A stretch of DNA of 64,000 nucleotides from an uncultured Pelagibacteraceae bacterium (GTDB taxonomy: Bacteria; Pseudomonadota; Alphaproteobacteria; Pelagibacterales; Pelagibacteraceae), in NCBI GenBank assembly GCA_902611175.1, contig CACLYQ010000001.1, positions 30,102 through 94,101 on the forward strand. The letters run 5' to 3'. The notes below the pieces were generated by a model that was not told the origin of the DNA, did no database searches, and saw only the letters and a list, made by a program, of their open reading frames with translations. Below, piece after piece: positions 10,474 to 20,883 of the stretch. The position numbers were made by a program, and so were the translations under genes. Every line of letters starts with the position of its first letter. The stretch's first letter is position 1.

Positions 10474-11064
10474 TTAATAATAAAATGTAGCTATGCAGCT
10501 TAATAAAAGCGCTGACATAACATAATTGAACCATTTAATAAATTTCTCATTTGTCGCGAATTTTCTCATAAATTTACCAATTAAAGTCCAAAATAAGATA
10601 CTAAATATAGCAAAGAAAAAGGCAGAAGTTAGGAGCCAGAAAGAATAAGTAAAAAAGTTATCTCCAGATTCGATATAAGTTGATACTGCAATAATAGCAA
10701 CGATTACTCCTTTAGGATTTAAGAATTGAAAAAGAAATGTTTCTATAAATTTAACAGGTTCTAGTTTTTCTTTTTGGTTAGAAGATTTGGAAAATGAAAT
10801 TCTGTAAGCCAAGTAAACTAGAAATGCAGATCCTGTAAAAACTAAAATTTTTTGAATTATTGGGTATAATTTAAAAATGTTAATTAACCCAAAATTGACT
10901 AAAGATAACATTGAAGTAAAACCAAATATAACACCTAACATTAGAGGTATAGTTTTTTTTACTCCATGATTAAAACCTGAGTGAGATGCAACAATATTAT
11001 TTGGACCAGGCGAACAACTAGTGACAAAAAAAAATAAACTTAATGATAATAGTTCTGGATGCAT
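10474..11064 (-). CDS. LysE-family translocator
   Basis: SPGPNN and FQFLNPKG motifs; hydrophobic, 196 aa. Confidence 0.88.
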   Translation of the reverse strand: MHPELLSLSLFFFVTSCSPGPNNIVASHSGFNHGVKKTIPLMLGVIFGFTSMLSLVNFGLINIFKLYPIIQKILVFTGSAFLVYLAYRISFSKSSNQKEKLEPVKFIETFLFQFLNPKGVIVAIIAVSTYIESGDNFFTYSFWLLTSAFFFAIFSILFWTLIGKFMRKFATNEKFIKWFNYVMSALLLSCIATFYY

Positions 11065-11406
11065 TTAAGCAATCGGTAATCCATTCTCTGCTTCTTGGGA
11101 TGGATGAACTAGAGTTACTCTACCCTCTGCATCTATAGCTCCAAGAATTAATACTTGCGAAACAACTCCAGCAATATTTTTTTCAGCAAAATTACAGACA
11201 CCAATTACTTGTTTTCCTTTAAGATTCTCCTCATTATAATAATGAGTAATTTGAGCTGAGGATTGTTTTATCCCTATCTTTTCTCCAAAATCAACTTCTA
11301 CAACTAACGAAGGTTTTCTTGCTTTTTCATTTTTTCTTACGGAAATAATTGTTCCTAATCTAATATCGACTTTATCAAAGTCCTCATACGTAATTTGTTC
11401 TTTCAT
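11065..11406 (-). CDS. csaA: CsaA-type tRNA-binding/export chaperone
   Basis: FDKVDIRLGTI, VDFG..G.KQSSAQIT, NF..KNIAG..SQVLILG. Confidence 0.88.
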   Translation of the reverse strand: MKEQITYEDFDKVDIRLGTIISVRKNEKARKPSLVVEVDFGEKIGIKQSSAQITHYYNEENLKGKQVIGVCNFAEKNIAGVVSQVLILGAIDAEGRVTLVHPSQEAENGLPIA

Positions 11407-11431
11407 AAATTTAATATATAATGATTTGTAA

Positions 11432-12619
11432 ATGAGTACAGAAAATAATCCTGATAAAATTTATAAAGATTCGATACGAATATTGACGGATTTAATTGCT
11501 TTCAAAACTATTTCTGGAAACGATAATAATAGTCTCATTAATTATTGTGATGATATTTTAAAAAATTTAGGAGCTACTTCATTTAGAATTTTTGATGGTG
11601 ATAAAAAAAGAGTTAATCTTTTTGCTTCTTTAAAATCTAAAAACGGAAACGGTAAAAAACCTATTATTCTTTCAGGTCATACAGATGTAGTCCCAGTTTC
11701 AAAAGGCTGGTCTACTGATCCATTTGTTGCAACTATAAAAAATGAGAAATTATTTGGGAGAGGTTCTTGTGATATGAAAGGTTTTATTGCATGTGTTCTA
11801 GCATATGCTCCTGTATTTAAAGAAAATAATTTAGATAGAGATATTCACTTTTCATTTACATTTGATGAAGAAACCGCATGCATCGGCGCACCATTATTAA
11901 TAAAAGAATTAAAAAAAAGAGATATTAAAAATGGAATTTGCATTATTGGTGAACCAACCAATATGAAAATCATTGATGCACATAAAGGCATGAATGAATA
12001 TACAGTTCACTTTGGAGGTTTAGCGGGTCATAGTTCTAAACCAAGCCAAGGTGTTAATGCGGTTGAATATGCATCTAGGTATGTAAACAAATTACTAGAA
12101 ATTAGATCAAAATTAAAAGATAGAGCTCCTAAAGATTGTATATTTAATCCACCATATTCTACGTTATCAGTTGGTGGAGTTTCAGGTGGTATAGCTCATA
12201 ATGTTATCGCCGATAAATGTAAAGTTGAATGGGAAACTAGACCAGTGGTCAGAGAAGATGGAGATTTTGTAAATCAAATAATAGACGATTATGTTGATAA
12301 AGAATTATTGCCAGAAATGAAAAAAGTTTTTTCAGATGCTTATATTAAAAAAGAAATTATAGGTGAAGTAGTTGGATTTAATAGATTGAACGATTCCGAA
12401 GCTTGTGAATTTGTTTCTAGTATAACTGGTGACAATTCAAGAGAAGCTGTTTCATTTGGAACAGAGGCTGGACTCTTTCAAGAAGTTGGTATTAGCACTG
12501 TAGTTTGTGGTCCAGGTTCGATTGAACAGGCTCATAAAATTGATGAATATATAGAACTTAGTGAATTAAAGAAATGTCTAGACTTTTTAAAAGGTGTAAA
12601 AGACAAATCTATAAATTAA
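11432..12619 (+). CDS. argE: Acetylornithine deacetylase-type M20 hydrolase
   Basis: LSGHTDVVP, GRGSCDMKG, DEE, GEPT, AHKG, GHSS, FGTEAG, CGPGSIEQAHKIDE. Confidence 0.87.
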   Translation: MSTENNPDKIYKDSIRILTDLIAFKTISGNDNNSLINYCDDILKNLGATSFRIFDGDKKRVNLFASLKSKNGNGKKPIILSGHTDVVPVSKGWSTDPFVATIKNEKLFGRGSCDMKGFIACVLAYAPVFKENNLDRDIHFSFTFDEETACIGAPLLIKELKKRDIKNGICIIGEPTNMKIIDAHKGMNEYTVHFGGLAGHSSKPSQGVNAVEYASRYVNKLLEIRSKLKDRAPKDCIFNPPYSTLSVGGVSGGIAHNVIADKCKVEWETRPVVREDGDFVNQIIDDYVDKELLPEMKKVFSDAYIKKEIIGEVVGFNRLNDSEACEFVSSITGDNSREAVSFGTEAGLFQEVGISTVVCGPGSIEQAHKIDEYIELSELKKCLDFLKGVKDKSIN

Positions 12620-14049
12620 TTCCAACCACCTACAGATTTAACTTCTAGAAATTCAAGCAATCCTTCTTTGCCTGCTTCCCTTCCAATTCCAGAATGTTTG
12701 AAACCTCCAAAAGGTGCATCAACTGCAATACCAGCACCATTTACATCTACCATTCCAGATCTAAGTTTTCTGGCAACTCTTTGTACTTTTTCCTTATCTT
12801 GAGTTTGAATATAGTTTGTTAATCCATAATCAGTATCATTTGCAATTTTAATTGCCTCTTCTTCAGTGTCAAACGGAATAACAGATAAAACAGGACCAAA
12901 TATTTCTGTTCTTGCAATTTCCATTTCATTTTTTACATCTGCAAAAACTGTAGGTTTTACATAATAACCATCATTTAATCCGTTTGGTTTTCCAATTCCG
13001 CCTGCAACTAATTTTGCTCCTTCATCTATTCCTTTTTGAATTAAACCTTGAATTTTATTGAATTGAGTTTCAGAAATTACAGGACCAATATGCTCTCCAT
13101 TTTTATTTGGATCATCTACTTTAAATTCATTTGCGTATTTTCTCAGTCTTTCTATCGCTTCTTTATATATTGATTTTTCAACAAGCATTCTTGTAGGAGC
13201 ATTACATGATTGTCCTGAATTTCTAAAACATCTAAATGCACCTCTTTCAATTGCTTCAGCATCAGCATCTTCAAATATAATATTTGCTCCTTTTCCTCCT
13301 AGCTCCAAACTTACTCTTTTAAAGTCCTTTGCAGCATTTTGGGAAATTAAAGCCCCTGCTCTTGTAGAGCCGGTGAATGAAATCATATTTACATCTGGAT
13401 GACTTGTTAATGCATCTCCAGTTATTTCCCCATCTCCATTTACTAAATTAAAAACACCTTTTGGAAATTTTGCTTCATCTATTAACTCAGCTATGATCAT
13501 TGCCGATAAAGGTGCTAGTTCTGAAGGTTTTAAAATCATAGTGCAACCTGAGGCCAATGCAGGAATGACTTTTAAAGTAACTTGATTTATTGGCCAGTTC
13601 CACGGTGTTATTAATGCACACACTCCTTTAGGCTCGTATATTATTCTTTGATTTTTTGCATGATCTCCCAAAGGTTTTTCGAATTCAAATTCTTTTAAAT
13701 AACGAATAAATGATTTTGTATGACTCGCACCAGTTCCTGTTTGTAGTTTTGACGCAAAGTCTTTTGGGGCTCCCATCTCTTGAATAATTGCATCTGTAAT
13801 ATCATTCCATCTTTTTTTATATAATGAATAAAACACTTCTAATAATGACAATCTTTCTTCTTTAGAGGTAAATCCCCAAGCTTTAAAAGCTTCTTTAGCT
13901 GCTAAAACTGCATCATTGATATCCTCCTTGCTGCCTAAAGAAATTACTGCACAATTTTTCTCTGTTGCTGGATTTATGACCTCAATATCTTTTGGGTTTT
14001 TTGGGGGAACCCATGAACCATTAATATAAAAATTTCTCTTTTCAATCAT
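12616..14049 (-). CDS. NAD-dependent aldehyde dehydrogenase (paralog 1)
   Basis: ITPWNWP, KPSE, SFTGSTRAG, LELGGK, catalytic GQSC, EIFGPV. Confidence 0.93.
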   Translation of the reverse strand: MIEKRNFYINGSWVPPKNPKDIEVINPATEKNCAVISLGSKEDINDAVLAAKEAFKAWGFTSKEERLSLLEVFYSLYKKRWNDITDAIIQEMGAPKDFASKLQTGTGASHTKSFIRYLKEFEFEKPLGDHAKNQRIIYEPKGVCALITPWNWPINQVTLKVIPALASGCTMILKPSELAPLSAMIIAELIDEAKFPKGVFNLVNGDGEITGDALTSHPDVNMISFTGSTRAGALISQNAAKDFKRVSLELGGKGANIIFEDADAEAIERGAFRCFRNSGQSCNAPTRMLVEKSIYKEAIERLRKYANEFKVDDPNKNGEHIGPVISETQFNKIQGLIQKGIDEGAKLVAGGIGKPNGLNDGYYVKPTVFADVKNEMEIARTEIFGPVLSVIPFDTEEEAIKIANDTDYGLTNYIQTQDKEKVQRVARKLRSGMVDVNGAGIAVDAPFGGFKHSGIGREAGKEGLLEFLEVKSVGGWN

Positions 14050-14069
14050 GCACGCAAATTATCCTTTCT

Positions 14070-15023
14070 TCATGATTTTGCAAATAAATTAGTTAATTCA
14101 TAAACAATTGTTGCTGCAGCTAGAGAGGTTACTTCTGCATGGTCATAAGCTGGCGCAACTTCAACTACATCTGCAGAAATCAAATTTAAACCTGATAAAC
14201 CCCTGAGGACGTTTACCATTTCTCTTGTGGTCATTCCTGCAATTTCAGGTGTTCCTGTACCTGGTGCAAATGCTGGATCTAATACATCAATATCAATGGA
14301 CAAATATAATGCATTATCACCTACTCGATTTTTTATTCTTTCAACAATTTTATCAATTCCTTCTGTTTGAAATTCATCACAATGAATAATTTTAAATCCA
14401 AAGCTTTCATCATTTTTTATATCATCTCTACTATAAAGTGGACCTCTTATACCTACATGCATAGAAGCGTCATCTAAAAATAAATTTTCCTCACGAGCTC
14501 TTCTAAATGGAGTGCCATGCGTATATGGTGCTCCAAAGTAGGTGTCCCAGGTATCTAAATGGGCATCAAAATGAACAAGTGATACGGGTCCATTATTCTT
14601 TTTATTGGCTGCTCTAAGTAAAGGCACAGCAATTGTGTGATCTCCTCCAAGGCTTATTATTCCTCCAACTTTATTTAATAAATTAGTTGCTCCTACTTCA
14701 ATTTGTTTGATGGCTTCATCAATATTAAATGGATTGCAAGTAATGTCACCTGCATCTGCAACCTGTTGTACTTTGAATGGTTCTACATCATAATTAGGAT
14801 GATAATTAGTCCTTAAATGTCTAGATGCTTGTCTAATACTTTGAGGGCCAAATCTTGCACCTGGTCTATAACTTGTCCCTGAATCAAATGGAACTCCGAC
14901 AATAGCAACATCGCAACTTTCTACATCTTTTAGCTCAGGTAATCTTGCAAATGTAGAAGGGCCCGCATATCTTGGCACTTCTGTGCCACTAACAGGCTGA
15001 ATAGGTTTTTTAGACTTTGTCAT
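14070..15023 (-). CDS. speB: Agmatinase / ureohydrolase
   Basis: GARFGP, GGDH, FDAHLD, HGTPF, SIDIDVLDP, APGTGTPE; ATG at 15023 (MTKSKK) preferred. Confidence 0.87.
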   Translation of the reverse strand: MTKSKKPIQPVSGTEVPRYAGPSTFARLPELKDVESCDVAIVGVPFDSGTSYRPGARFGPQSIRQASRHLRTNYHPNYDVEPFKVQQVADAGDITCNPFNIDEAIKQIEVGATNLLNKVGGIISLGGDHTIAVPLLRAANKKNNGPVSLVHFDAHLDTWDTYFGAPYTHGTPFRRAREENLFLDDASMHVGIRGPLYSRDDIKNDESFGFKIIHCDEFQTEGIDKIVERIKNRVGDNALYLSIDIDVLDPAFAPGTGTPEIAGMTTREMVNVLRGLSGLNLISADVVEVAPAYDHAEVTSLAAATIVYELTNLFAKS

Positions 15024-15154
15024 TTTAGTAATAAGAATATTATTAGAATGATCCAAAAAAAGGGATAATAGAAATATATGTATTTTTTTGCAAACATCTT
15101 AGGCACTGACTCATGATCTCTATTAATATTTTTTTTTCTTTTTCTTTTTTTCAT
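15020..15154 (-). CDS. Unannotated 44-aa basic/hydrophobic small protein
   Basis: Manual translation MKKRKRKKNINRDHESVPKMFAKKYIYFYYPFFWIILIIFLLLK*; its TGA overlaps the speB ATG (ATGA); fills the intergenic gap. Confidence 0.6.
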   Translation of the reverse strand: MKKRKRKKNINRDHESVPKMFAKKYIYFYYPFFWIILIIFLLLK

Positions 15155-15207
15155 TAAATAAATCCTATCACATTCATATTATATCTAATATCATCAAAAT
15201 AATTAAA

Positions 15208-15939
15208 ATGAGATACATTATATTAATATTTCTATTATTTTTTAACTTTTCTTATGTAAATGCAGATGCAATATATAATTTAATTAAAATCCCAAATTTA
15301 GAAGTTCATAAAGTTGATGATGTTAATGGTATCAAATATTTGGTATCGAAAAGAGGTTTTGTAATTGGTGACACAAATAATATTAAATGTAACGGCATAA
15401 ATAATAGTGATTTGGATCATGAATTTAATACAATTCAAAATAACCTGAGAGATTATAACTCAAATTTCTTAAGGAAAATAAATTTGAAATTTGTAGTTCT
15501 TTGCAAAAACTTAGAAATTTCAGGCATTAATACAGGAGGTATACCAGATAATAAATTCAGGACTTTAATTTTAGACTTAACATTTAACCGAAATTATTTT
15601 GAAAGAATGATCCATCATGAAATATTTCACATGATTGATAACAGTTTTCCTGAGCTTTTTAAAAAAAATAAGTGGAGCAAACTTAATAATAAAGATTTTT
15701 CTTACGCATCATGTTCTACATGCACTGATTTATTAGGTTTAGATTTAGAAATTAAGAAAGGCTTTTTAACAGAATATTCAATGAGCACAGCTGAAGAAGA
15801 TATGGCTGAAATTTATTCATTATTAAAAACAAACTTTAAAGAAATAGATATATTAATAAAAAAAGATAATATTTTAACTAAGAAGAAAAATTTCTTAATT
15901 AATGGTCTTAAAGAAATAGATGAAAAGTTTATTTTTTGA
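15208..15939 (+). CDS. Secreted putative zinc metallopeptidase
   Basis: Signal peptide (..SYVNA-D), HEIFH (HExxH), downstream EYS..AEEDMAE third-ligand motif. Confidence 0.72.
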   Translation: MRYIILIFLLFFNFSYVNADAIYNLIKIPNLEVHKVDDVNGIKYLVSKRGFVIGDTNNIKCNGINNSDLDHEFNTIQNNLRDYNSNFLRKINLKFVVLCKNLEISGINTGGIPDNKFRTLILDLTFNRNYFERMIHHEIFHMIDNSFPELFKKNKWSKLNNKDFSYASCSTCTDLLGLDLEIKKGFLTEYSMSTAEEDMAEIYSLLKTNFKEIDILIKKDNILTKKKNFLINGLKEIDEKFIF

Positions 15940-16587
15940 ATGATAAAAAAAATAAAACCATCGCTATCTGAAAAAATATTATTTATTTTTCTAATTCTAC
16001 TTATTATTTTAACTTTATCTTCATTTTATATATTAAATAATAAATGTCTTTTTGTAAAAAAAATTGATTTAAATAATATTGATTTTAAAGATAAGCAGAA
16101 TATTGCAATTATGGAAGTTGAATGCGGTAACGTTCTAATAGAATTAGATCCTAAAATTGCACCTAAAGCTGTAAATCGATTTAAGAAGTTAATAAATAGA
16201 GGTTCCTATAATGGTTCAACTTTTTATCGAGTAATAGAAAATACTTTAATACAAGCTGGAGATATTGAATATGGAAATGTATCTAATCTAAATTATTCTA
16301 AAGTAGGAACTGGTAAGTCTGGTTTAGGAACAATTAAATCTGAGCTTAGTGATAATTTTTTATTTAATGCTGGTTCTATTGCTTTTGCTAGAAAAGAAAA
16401 GTTCGATACAGAAGATAGTGAATTTTTTATTACTTTAATTGATATTCCAATATATCAAGGCGAATATACTCCAATTGGAAGAGTAATTGCAGGGATGGAC
16501 TCTTTAAAAAAAATTAAAGCGGGAAATAAATCAACCTATGTATTAAAACCTGATTATATTAAAAGTCTAAAGTTATTAGTTAACTAG
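15940..16587 (+). CDS. Membrane-anchored cyclophilin-type peptidyl-prolyl isomerase
   Basis: N-terminal TM; APKAVNRF, FYRVI, IQAGD, SEFFI, YTPIGRVIAGM. Confidence 0.85.
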   Translation: MIKKIKPSLSEKILFIFLILLIILTLSSFYILNNKCLFVKKIDLNNIDFKDKQNIAIMEVECGNVLIELDPKIAPKAVNRFKKLINRGSYNGSTFYRVIENTLIQAGDIEYGNVSNLNYSKVGTGKSGLGTIKSELSDNFLFNAGSIAFARKEKFDTEDSEFFITLIDIPIYQGEYTPIGRVIAGMDSLKKIKAGNKSTYVLKPDYIKSLKLLVN

Positions 16588-18798
16588 AGGTTTTCCAGTT
16601 GATAATGTGTGTTTAATTCTATCTTGGGTTTTACTTGTCTCAATTAATTTCATGAAAGCATCTAACTCTAATTTAAACAACTGATCTTCTGTAAGCGTTT
16701 TATCTATAGTTGTATCACCACCACTTAAAACATTTGCTAGCTCTGTTCCAACCATCATTCCATGATCTAATATAATTTTATCGTTATACAGTTTTTCTAA
16801 CATACCAACCATTTTGTCTTTTAAAGATTTGCCAGATAAATTAAATGTGCATTCTTTTGGAGGAGTAAATTCTTTATTTTGATCCAAAATTTTTCTAGCT
16901 TCATTTAATAAACTATTTCTGCTCATAATTTTTTTATTTTCAGGGATTAAATACTTTAGAGGTTCAGCTTCTACTGGAGATGTTGCAGTTTTTGCATAAC
17001 CAATGATATCAAAAACTTTTAAAGGTGCAAAATCTGGATCATTTTTTGCCTCGTCTGTTTGAGACCATCTCCATAACATTTCTTTACATCCTCCTCCAGC
17101 TGGAACTAAACCAACCAATGTTTCAACTAATCCAACAACAATATTTGTATGGGAAGCAACAAAGTTACTTTGAACTAAAACTTCAAAACCCCCTCCAAGC
17201 GTAAGACCTGATGGTGCTGAAACTACTGGAAATTTTGAGTATTTTAAGTGTTTGCATGTTTCTTGAAAATATCCGACAAATTTTTCAATTGATTTAAAGT
17301 CACTCTTATCTGCAAAATTCATAGTATATGTTAAATTAACTCCCGCAGAAAACTGCATACTTTCATTAATAATTATTAATGGTTTGTCAGTTGCATTTTT
17401 TAAAGAGTCCATCGAGTCATAATCTAAAGCGTTCGCTTTGGTTGTAAATTCGACAATGTTAAATTCAGGAAATCTATAAATTTCAGCAGAATTATTTTTA
17501 TCAAGTTTAAGGGCTCTTGGTTTAATTTTTCCTAAAGTTTCAATTTCTGTATATTGTTGTCTCTCACCATAAAAATTTTCATCTTTGGATTTTGATAAAT
17601 TTTCTAAAAATTTATTTCCCTCAAAATTGTCAATTTTTTGAAAAAAATTATTTACTCCAATTTCTTTTAACATTTCAAAAGGCCCTCTAGACCAATTGAA
17701 GCCAAGTCTCATTGCTTCATCAATGTCGTTAAATTTATCTGTAATGCCTGGAACTAATGAAGAAGAATATTTTATTATTTTAGAAATTACTGACCAAGCA
17801 TAATCACCGTATTTATCTCCACGATTAATTAATTTTTTTATATCAACTTTTTCAGATTTAATGTCTATTTTTTTTGAGGGAGAATATTCTCCAGTTTCAA
17901 GATTGATGGCCTCTAAAATTTTCTTACCACCCTCCTTATTCATTCTATAAAATCCACCTTTTCCTTTTCGACCAGTGTATCCAGTCTCTATTAATTTTTT
18001 CACAAGTGGCATTTCTCTTGCCACAGGTTGAAATGGATCACTTTCAGGTAACTCTTTAATAAAACTTTTCAATACATCTGCCATTAAATCGATACCAATT
18101 AGGTCATACAATCCAAATACTCCAGTTTTAGGTATACCCATTGGTCTGCCAAAGACAGCATCAGCCTCTTCTACACTAAGTTTCATATTAAATGCTTCGG
18201 TCATTGCAATTTGCATTGCGTAAACTCCAATTCTATTACCTAAAAATCCTGGAGTGTCATTACAGATAATTGCACCTTTACCTAAGTCTATTTCACAAAA
18301 GTCTTTTAAAAGTTTAACTTTATCTAAATCACTTTCATTACTTTTTACTATTTCAAGTAAATCCATGTATCTAACAGGATTAAAGAAGTGAGTTATGCAG
18401 AAATCCTTTTTGTCTTGATCAGATAATTTTTCTGATAGAACACTTATTGGAATAGATGAGGTATTAGATGAAACAACAGACTCTTTTTTTCTATGTTTAA
18501 AAATTTTTTCGTAAATATTATGTTTTATATCTATTCTTTCTACAACAGCTTCTACAATCCAATCTGCATTCGAAACCACATCAAAGTTTTCTTCAATGTT
18601 TCCTACATGTATATTATCTAATTTTGATTTATCTATTAACAATGGAGGTCTAGATTTTCCTATCCTCTCTTTAGCCTTTTGACTAATTTCTGTAGTTAAA
18701 TCCAACAAAGTAACAGGAACATTTGCGTTACATAAATGTGCAGCTATACCGCTCCCCATTGTTCCAGAACCAATTACAACTACGTTATTTATTTTCAT
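16576..18798 (-). CDS. 3-hydroxyacyl-CoA dehydrogenase / enoyl-CoA hydratase fusion (FadN type)
   Basis: GSGTMGSG, EAVVE, SSNTSS, HFFNPVRYM, DTPGFLGNR; C-terminal crotonase FSAGVNL, LGGGFE, GLVETLVGLVPAGGG. Confidence 0.92.
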   Translation of the reverse strand: MKINNVVVIGSGTMGSGIAAHLCNANVPVTLLDLTTEISQKAKERIGKSRPPLLIDKSKLDNIHVGNIEENFDVVSNADWIVEAVVERIDIKHNIYEKIFKHRKKESVVSSNTSSIPISVLSEKLSDQDKKDFCITHFFNPVRYMDLLEIVKSNESDLDKVKLLKDFCEIDLGKGAIICNDTPGFLGNRIGVYAMQIAMTEAFNMKLSVEEADAVFGRPMGIPKTGVFGLYDLIGIDLMADVLKSFIKELPESDPFQPVAREMPLVKKLIETGYTGRKGKGGFYRMNKEGGKKILEAINLETGEYSPSKKIDIKSEKVDIKKLINRGDKYGDYAWSVISKIIKYSSSLVPGITDKFNDIDEAMRLGFNWSRGPFEMLKEIGVNNFFQKIDNFEGNKFLENLSKSKDENFYGERQQYTEIETLGKIKPRALKLDKNNSAEIYRFPEFNIVEFTTKANALDYDSMDSLKNATDKPLIIINESMQFSAGVNLTYTMNFADKSDFKSIEKFVGYFQETCKHLKYSKFPVVSAPSGLTLGGGFEVLVQSNFVASHTNIVVGLVETLVGLVPAGGGCKEMLWRWSQTDEAKNDPDFAPLKVFDIIGYAKTATSPVEAEPLKYLIPENKKIMSRNSLLNEARKILDQNKEFTPPKECTFNLSGKSLKDKMVGMLEKLYNDKIILDHGMMVGTELANVLSGGDTTIDKTLTEDQLFKLELDAFMKLIETSKTQDRIKHTLSTGKPLVN

Positions 18799-18855
18799 AA
18801 AGAAGATTTCTTATATTAAATTGAGACTGAGTAGGAAATAAAATAAATGTCATAA

Positions 18856-20883
18856 CTACTGCTGTAAACTTGCTAATTCATCAATATTAATATGACATCT
18901 AATAGCGTTACCATTTTCACCTATTTGCCATGGTGGAACCTCTAAATTACAAATATCGCCTATTTTCCTAGGGCATCTTCCTTGAAAAGAACAGCCTTTC
19001 TCAGGGGGGTTTTCCTCTACTATATCCTCAGCTACTAATTTTGGTTTAATATCTGGATCTGGTTCTAAAACAGCACCTAATAATACTTCAGTATAAGGAT
19101 GTGATGGAAATTTGTAGACATTTTGAGAAGGACCAATTTCACATAATCTTCCTTGATATAAAACTGCAACTCTATCACTAATTGCTCTAACAACAGCCAA
19201 ATCATGAGAAACAAATACATAGGTTGTTCCTAGATCTTCTTTTAATTGTTGTAATAAGTTTAAAACAGCTGCTTGAACCGAAACATCTAAAGCTGATGTA
19301 ACCTCATCGCACAAAATTATATCTGGCTTAGCAGCAAATGCTCTTGCAACTGCAACTCTTTGTTTCTCACCACCTGATAATTGTCTCGGGTATCTTGACA
19401 TATAAAATTCTCCTAACCTTACTTTTTTTAGTAGATCGATTATATTTTTTTTTAATTCTTCTCCTGATAAATTAAAATACAACTTTAAAGGTTGAGAAAG
19501 TATTTGCTCGACAGTGTGGTTTGGATTTAATGACTCGTCCGGATTTTGAAATATGAGTTGTATTGCTCGCAGATCATTTGGATTTCTCATTTTTAAATCA
19601 GAAGATAATATACGATCATTTTCAAATTTAATTTGACCATCTTTTGTTTTGAGCAAACCAGCAATTGATTTTAAGATAGTAGATTTACCACTTCCAGACT
19701 CACCAACCAGTGCAATAGTCTCTCCTTTTTTTATATCTATATTTATATCTTTAACTGTTGGGTTTTGATCAGAGATTTTATTTAATAATTGATCAAAAAA
19801 TTTCTGCTTTGCATAACTAATTGAAACATCCTTTAATTTTAAAACTTCAATTGCTTCACTATTATTTGATTTTTTTTTTATTGAAGTTTTCAAATTAATA
19901 TTTTGGCTTATTAATTCTTTATGATTAAAACATCTGACATTTGTATCTAATTCTTTAATATGTTCTAGATCTGGTGAATTTTTTTTACAATGATCAGTTG
20001 CTAAGTTACATCTATCATAAAAACTACAACCTTGATTTATGCTTCCAGGCTGAGGTTGGCTTCCTGGCATAGAAGCTGGAAGTCCAGCTAGTGAAAGTTT
20101 AGGTATCGATTTTAACAATCCATAAGTATATGGATGAATAGGTTCCTTTAATATTTTTCTTGCTGGTCCTTCTAAAACAATTTCTCCCGCATACATTACA
20201 ACTATTCTATCACTGACTTGTGCTATGGCTCCAAGGTCATGACTAACATAGATCATAGATGTTCCAGTATCTTTTGCTATAAATCTTAATAGTTCTAATA
20301 CATGCGCTTGTGTTGTAACATCTAATCCAGTAGTTGGCTCATCTAATAAAAGTAAATCTGGTTTGCCAGCCAATGCCATCGCAACAGCAACTCTTTGTTG
20401 CTGCCCTCCAGAAAGCTCGTGTGGATAACGAAAAGCCATAGTTTCTGGTGAAGGAAGTCTAACTTTATTTAGTAACTCTGAAATTTTTTTATCTCTCTCT
20501 GTTTTGCTTAGATCTGTATGTAATCTTAATGCTTCATCAATTTGGTATCCAATTTTTAAATTCGGTGTTAATGCTTGTCCTGCATTTTGAGGTATCATCG
20601 CTATTTTTCTACCTCTAATTTTTTCTAGCTGTCTACTGCTCATCTTCAATAAATCCTCAGATTTAAAGAGACATTCACCCTTAAGAGGAAATAAGCCTTG
20701 TTTTATATAGCCCATCATAGCAAGTGCTAATGTGCTTTTTCCAGAACCCGACTCCCCTACGATCCCTACAGTCTCTCCTTTTTTAATGTTGGTTGAAACA
20801 TTTCTAAGTATTGAAATTTGTTTGCCCTTCTGACTGTTAAATCCAATTGATAAATTTTTAACACTTTCAATTATTTCAATCAT
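18856..20883 (-). CDS. Peptide/nickel-type ABC transporter, fused double ATPase (DppD/F-like)
   Basis: Two GESGSGKS Walker A, two LSGG signatures, two HPYT..C..C oligo-HPY domains. Confidence 0.93.
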   Translation of the reverse strand: MIEIIESVKNLSIGFNSQKGKQISILRNVSTNIKKGETVGIVGESGSGKSTLALAMMGYIKQGLFPLKGECLFKSEDLLKMSSRQLEKIRGRKIAMIPQNAGQALTPNLKIGYQIDEALRLHTDLSKTERDKKISELLNKVRLPSPETMAFRYPHELSGGQQQRVAVAMALAGKPDLLLLDEPTTGLDVTTQAHVLELLRFIAKDTGTSMIYVSHDLGAIAQVSDRIVVMYAGEIVLEGPARKILKEPIHPYTYGLLKSIPKLSLAGLPASMPGSQPQPGSINQGCSFYDRCNLATDHCKKNSPDLEHIKELDTNVRCFNHKELISQNINLKTSIKKKSNNSEAIEVLKLKDVSISYAKQKFFDQLLNKISDQNPTVKDINIDIKKGETIALVGESGSGKSTILKSIAGLLKTKDGQIKFENDRILSSDLKMRNPNDLRAIQLIFQNPDESLNPNHTVEQILSQPLKLYFNLSGEELKKNIIDLLKKVRLGEFYMSRYPRQLSGGEKQRVAVARAFAAKPDIILCDEVTSALDVSVQAAVLNLLQQLKEDLGTTYVFVSHDLAVVRAISDRVAVLYQGRLCEIGPSQNVYKFPSHPYTEVLLGAVLEPDPDIKPKLVAEDIVEENPPEKGCSFQGRCPRKIGDICNLEVPPWQIGENGNAIRCHINIDELASLQQ

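Noticed and set aside
10472-10534. 21-aa N-terminal extension of AcnA in the ORF track
   Set aside because: It overlaps the LysE gene; the ATG at 10471, 2 nt after the LysE stop, gives a normal AcnA start.
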